Below, piece after piece: positions 61,671 to 64,000 of a stretch of DNA of 64,000 bases (position 1 is its first letter; each line of letters starts with the position of its first letter). The translations under genes were made by a program, and so were the position numbers. A model generated the notes under the pieces. That model saw only the letters and a list, made by a program, of their open reading frames with translations. It was not told the origin of the DNA and did not search any database. Location of the stretch: assembly GCA_046261775.1 (NCBI GenBank), contig JBHEOB010000002.1, forward strand, positions 1,430 to 65,429. Direction: 5' to 3'. Source of the DNA: Guyparkeria sp. (GTDB taxonomy: Bacteria; Pseudomonadota; Gammaproteobacteria; Halothiobacillales; Halothiobacillaceae).

Positions 61671-62842
61671 GGCTCGCCCCGCTCGGCGTCGAGGGTGTCG
61701 CGGTGGCGGCGCAGGATCTCGCGGATCGGATTGTCCTCATCGGCCACGTCGAGCACGCGCACGACATCGCCATCACGTACCTTCTGGATGCCGTGGCGTA
61801 CCAGCCGCTCGCCGGGCTCGAGGCCGTCGGTCACCTCCACCCAGCCTTCCCGGCGCTCGCCGATGCCGATCTCGCGGCGTTCGACCGTCATGGCGTCACG
61901 GTCGATGACGAACACGTACTGGTACTCGCCCTGTGGCAGCAGTACCGACTCGGGCGCCGCCACCACCTCGCGCCGGTCACGCTCGAGGATCGTCTGCATC
62001 AACTGTCCCGGGCGCAGGGCGCCGTCATCGTTGTCGATCCGCGCGCGCAGCGTGATGCTGCGTGTGGCCGGGTCGATACGGTTATCGATGCCGGTGACCT
62101 TGCCGGTAAAGCGGCGCTCCGGGTAGGCATCGGTGCTGGCCGTGATCGTCTGGCCACGCGACAGCGCGCCGAGGTGACGCGACGGCACGGTGAAATCCAC
62201 GTCGACGACATCCAGCTTGTCGAGCCGGACCAGCGCCGCGCCCGGGCTGACCAGCATGCCGGGACTGATGTCGCGCAGGCCCACCACGCCGTCGAACGGC
62301 GCCTGCACGCGATGGGCCGCCAGGCGTGCCTGGGCGGCCTCGATCTCCGCCTGGGCCTGCTGGACCCGGGCACGAGCGTCCTCCAGCTCCGCCCGGGCAC
62401 CCAGGTTGCGTTCCGCGAGCCCCCGGGCGCGCTCCAGTGCATTGCGCTGCTCGACCAGCCGCGCCTGCGCCGCGGCCAGTTGGGCCTGTTCTTCCATATC
62501 CTCCAGGTGCACCAGCAGATCGCCGGCCGCCACCCGCTGGCCGTCCTCGAAGTGCACCGCCCGGATGATCTCGGTGACGGTCGCCGACAGGGTCACCGAC
62601 TCGTCCGCTCGCACCGTGCCCAGCGCCTCGAGCGGGTCCGACCAGGCCTGGCGCTCGGCGTCAGAGGCAATCACCGCCGTCGCCGGACGCTCCCCCTGAC
62701 CCTGGGACTGGGCGAGCAACGAGGCCGGCAGCAAGGCAAGCAACATCACCGCCGCCAGCGACGCAAACCGCTGGCGCCAATGCGTCGCGTCAGGGCGTGA
62801 GCAAGGGATATCGAGCGAGGGCATGAAGTTTCCTGAGGGCAT
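61667..62842 (-). CDS. RND periplasmic adaptor (membrane fusion protein)
   Basis: Lipoyl/hairpin pattern, APFDGVVG, IDPATRS, LRPG, GLEPGE. Start could be 62824. Confidence 0.92.
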   Translation of the reverse strand: MPSGNFMPSLDIPCSRPDATHWRQRFASLAAVMLLALLPASLLAQSQGQGERPATAVIASDAERQAWSDPLEALGTVRADESVTLSATVTEIIRAVHFEDGQRVAAGDLLVHLEDMEEQAQLAAAQARLVEQRNALERARGLAERNLGARAELEDARARVQQAQAEIEAAQARLAAHRVQAPFDGVVGLRDISPGMLVSPGAALVRLDKLDVVDVDFTVPSRHLGALSRGQTITASTDAYPERRFTGKVTGIDNRIDPATRSITLRARIDNDDGALRPGQLMQTILERDRREVVAAPESVLLPQGEYQYVFVIDRDAMTVERREIGIGERREGWVEVTDGLEPGERLVRHGIQKVRDGDVVRVLDVADEDNPIREILRRHRDTLDAERGEP

Positions 62843-62960
62843 GTGGACGGCCTATGCATCAGCCAGCATAGTACGACTTCACGCCCGCCGCGGCGGTGCC
62901 GCCGACGGCATTGCTATGATGTCGCGTCATTCAAACAAAGCAGTGGTTACGGGGCATTCG

Positions 62961-64000
62961 ATGCAGGTGGACGTGGTGATTATCGGCGCGGGCGCGGCCG
63001 GCCTGATGTGCGCAGCGGCAGCGGGCTATCGCGGTCGGCGGGTGCTCGTGCTCGACCACGCCCGCAAGGCGGGGCAGAAGATCCTGATGTCCGGCGGTGG
63101 GCGCTGCAATTTCACCAACCTGCACACCCCGGCCAACTTCCTCTCGGCCAACCCGCGCTTCTGCATTTCCGCGCTCAAGCGCTACCCGCCGCAGGCCTTC
63201 CTCGACCTGGTCGAGCGCCACGGCATCGAGCACGTCGAGAAGGCCGCCGGCCAGCTGTTCTGCGCCGGCAAGGCGAAAGAGATCGTCGACATGCTGCTCA
63301 CCGAGTGCGAGTGGGCGGGCGCCGAGGTGCAGATGAAGACGCCAGTGCAGACGATCGACACGATCGACGGCGGCTACCGGGTCGAGACCGAAGGCGAGAC
63401 GATCACGGCCGAATCGCTGGTGATCGCGACCGGCGGCCTGTCGATCCCGACCATGGGCGCGACCCCGTTCGGCTACGAGATCGCCCGCCGGTTCGGCCTC
63501 GAGGTGCTGCCCACGCACGCCGGACTGGTGCCGTTCACGCTACACCCCGAGATCAAGGAACGCCTGGCCCCGCTGGCCGGCATGAGCATTCCCGTGGCGG
63601 CAACGGCTGGCGGCATGCGCTTCGAGGAGCCGCTACTGTTCACCCACCGCGGCCTGTCCGGCCCGGCCATGTTGCAGATCTCGAGTTTCTGGCACCCCGG
63701 CGAACCGCTGGTGATCGACCTGCTGCCCGGCCGCGACGTGGTCGCCGACCTGACCGAACGGCGCGCGGCCCGCCCGCAGGGCACCGTGCTGCAATACCTC
63801 GACGAGCACCTGCCGCGACGCTTGAGCCGCGTACTCTGCGACTGGCATGACTGGTCGCGCCCCCTGCAGGAATACCCACAGAGCGGCTTGCAGGCCGTGG
63901 CCGAGGCCCTGCAGCAATGGACCATCCACCCGGCCGGCACCGAGGGCTATCGCACCGCCGAGGTCACCCTCGGCGGGGTCGACACCCGGGAACTGTCGTC
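62961..64000 (+). CDS. BaiN/HI0933 (YhiN)-family flavoprotein, 3'-truncated by window edge
   Basis: Not in the ORF track because no stop falls in the window. My translation: MQVDVVIIGAGAAGLMC..KILMSGGGRCNFTN..ATGGLSIP..LFTHRGLSGP..AEVTLGGVD. Confidence 0.9.
   Translation, partial: MQVDVVIIGAGAAGLMCAAAAGYRGRRVLVLDHARKAGQKILMSGGGRCNFTNLHTPANFLSANPRFCISALKRYPPQAFLDLVERHGIEHVEKAAGQLFCAGKAKEIVDMLLTECEWAGAEVQMKTPVQTIDTIDGGYRVETEGETITAESLVIATGGLSIPTMGATPFGYEIARRFGLEVLPTHAGLVPFTLHPEIKERLAPLAGMSIPVAATAGGMRFEEPLLFTHRGLSGPAMLQISSFWHPGEPLVIDLLPGRDVVADLTERRAARPQGTVLQYLDEHLPRRLSRVLCDWHDWSRPLQEYPQSGLQAVAEALQQWTIHPAGTEGYRTAEVTLGGVDTRELS

Overview
High-GC gammaproteobacterial chromosome segment. An isolated soxCD beside Moco genes, acidic proteins and a BCCT transporter suggest a halophilic sulfur oxidiser such as Halothiobacillaceae/Guyparkeria (inference). 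Most of the window is housekeeping: tmcA, ldhA, metY, a two-component system with a Spy/CpxP-like gene, a Tro/Mnt metal ABC operon, a PAS-GGDEF gene, rnt, folD, yoaA-lpoP-mrcB, alaC-hom, an msrAB fusion, nfeD-slipin, moaE-moeA-moaC-moaA, soxCD, thrC, nagZ-hpt-mtnP, rnf/rsxABCDGE, dnaQ, an RND pump and a BaiN flavoprotein. The most interesting part is a ~3 kb accessory island at 32.3-35.1 kb. It holds a WYL regulator, a stand-alone HIRAN protein with a twin-arginine signal peptide and the frameshifted, truncated 5' end of a type I-G-like cas3, converging on a dinJ/relB-yafQ pair whose toxin is frameshifted. Candidate WYL boxes (CTCA-N5-TGAG) lie upstream of both the HIRAN and WYL genes. Other non-obvious signals: a sigma54/NtrC-type ~100 nt sRNA with anti-Shine-Dalgarno motifs (50.3-50.6 kb), a permease fused to a degenerate DtxR-like domain with a matching upstream palindrome, an MsrA-thioredoxin-MsrB fusion, two copies of a REPIN-like element, a 220 nt nested hairpin upstream of yaiI-dnaQ, and a ModE-type box before moaA. 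All calls come from manual motif recognition; no database searches were run.
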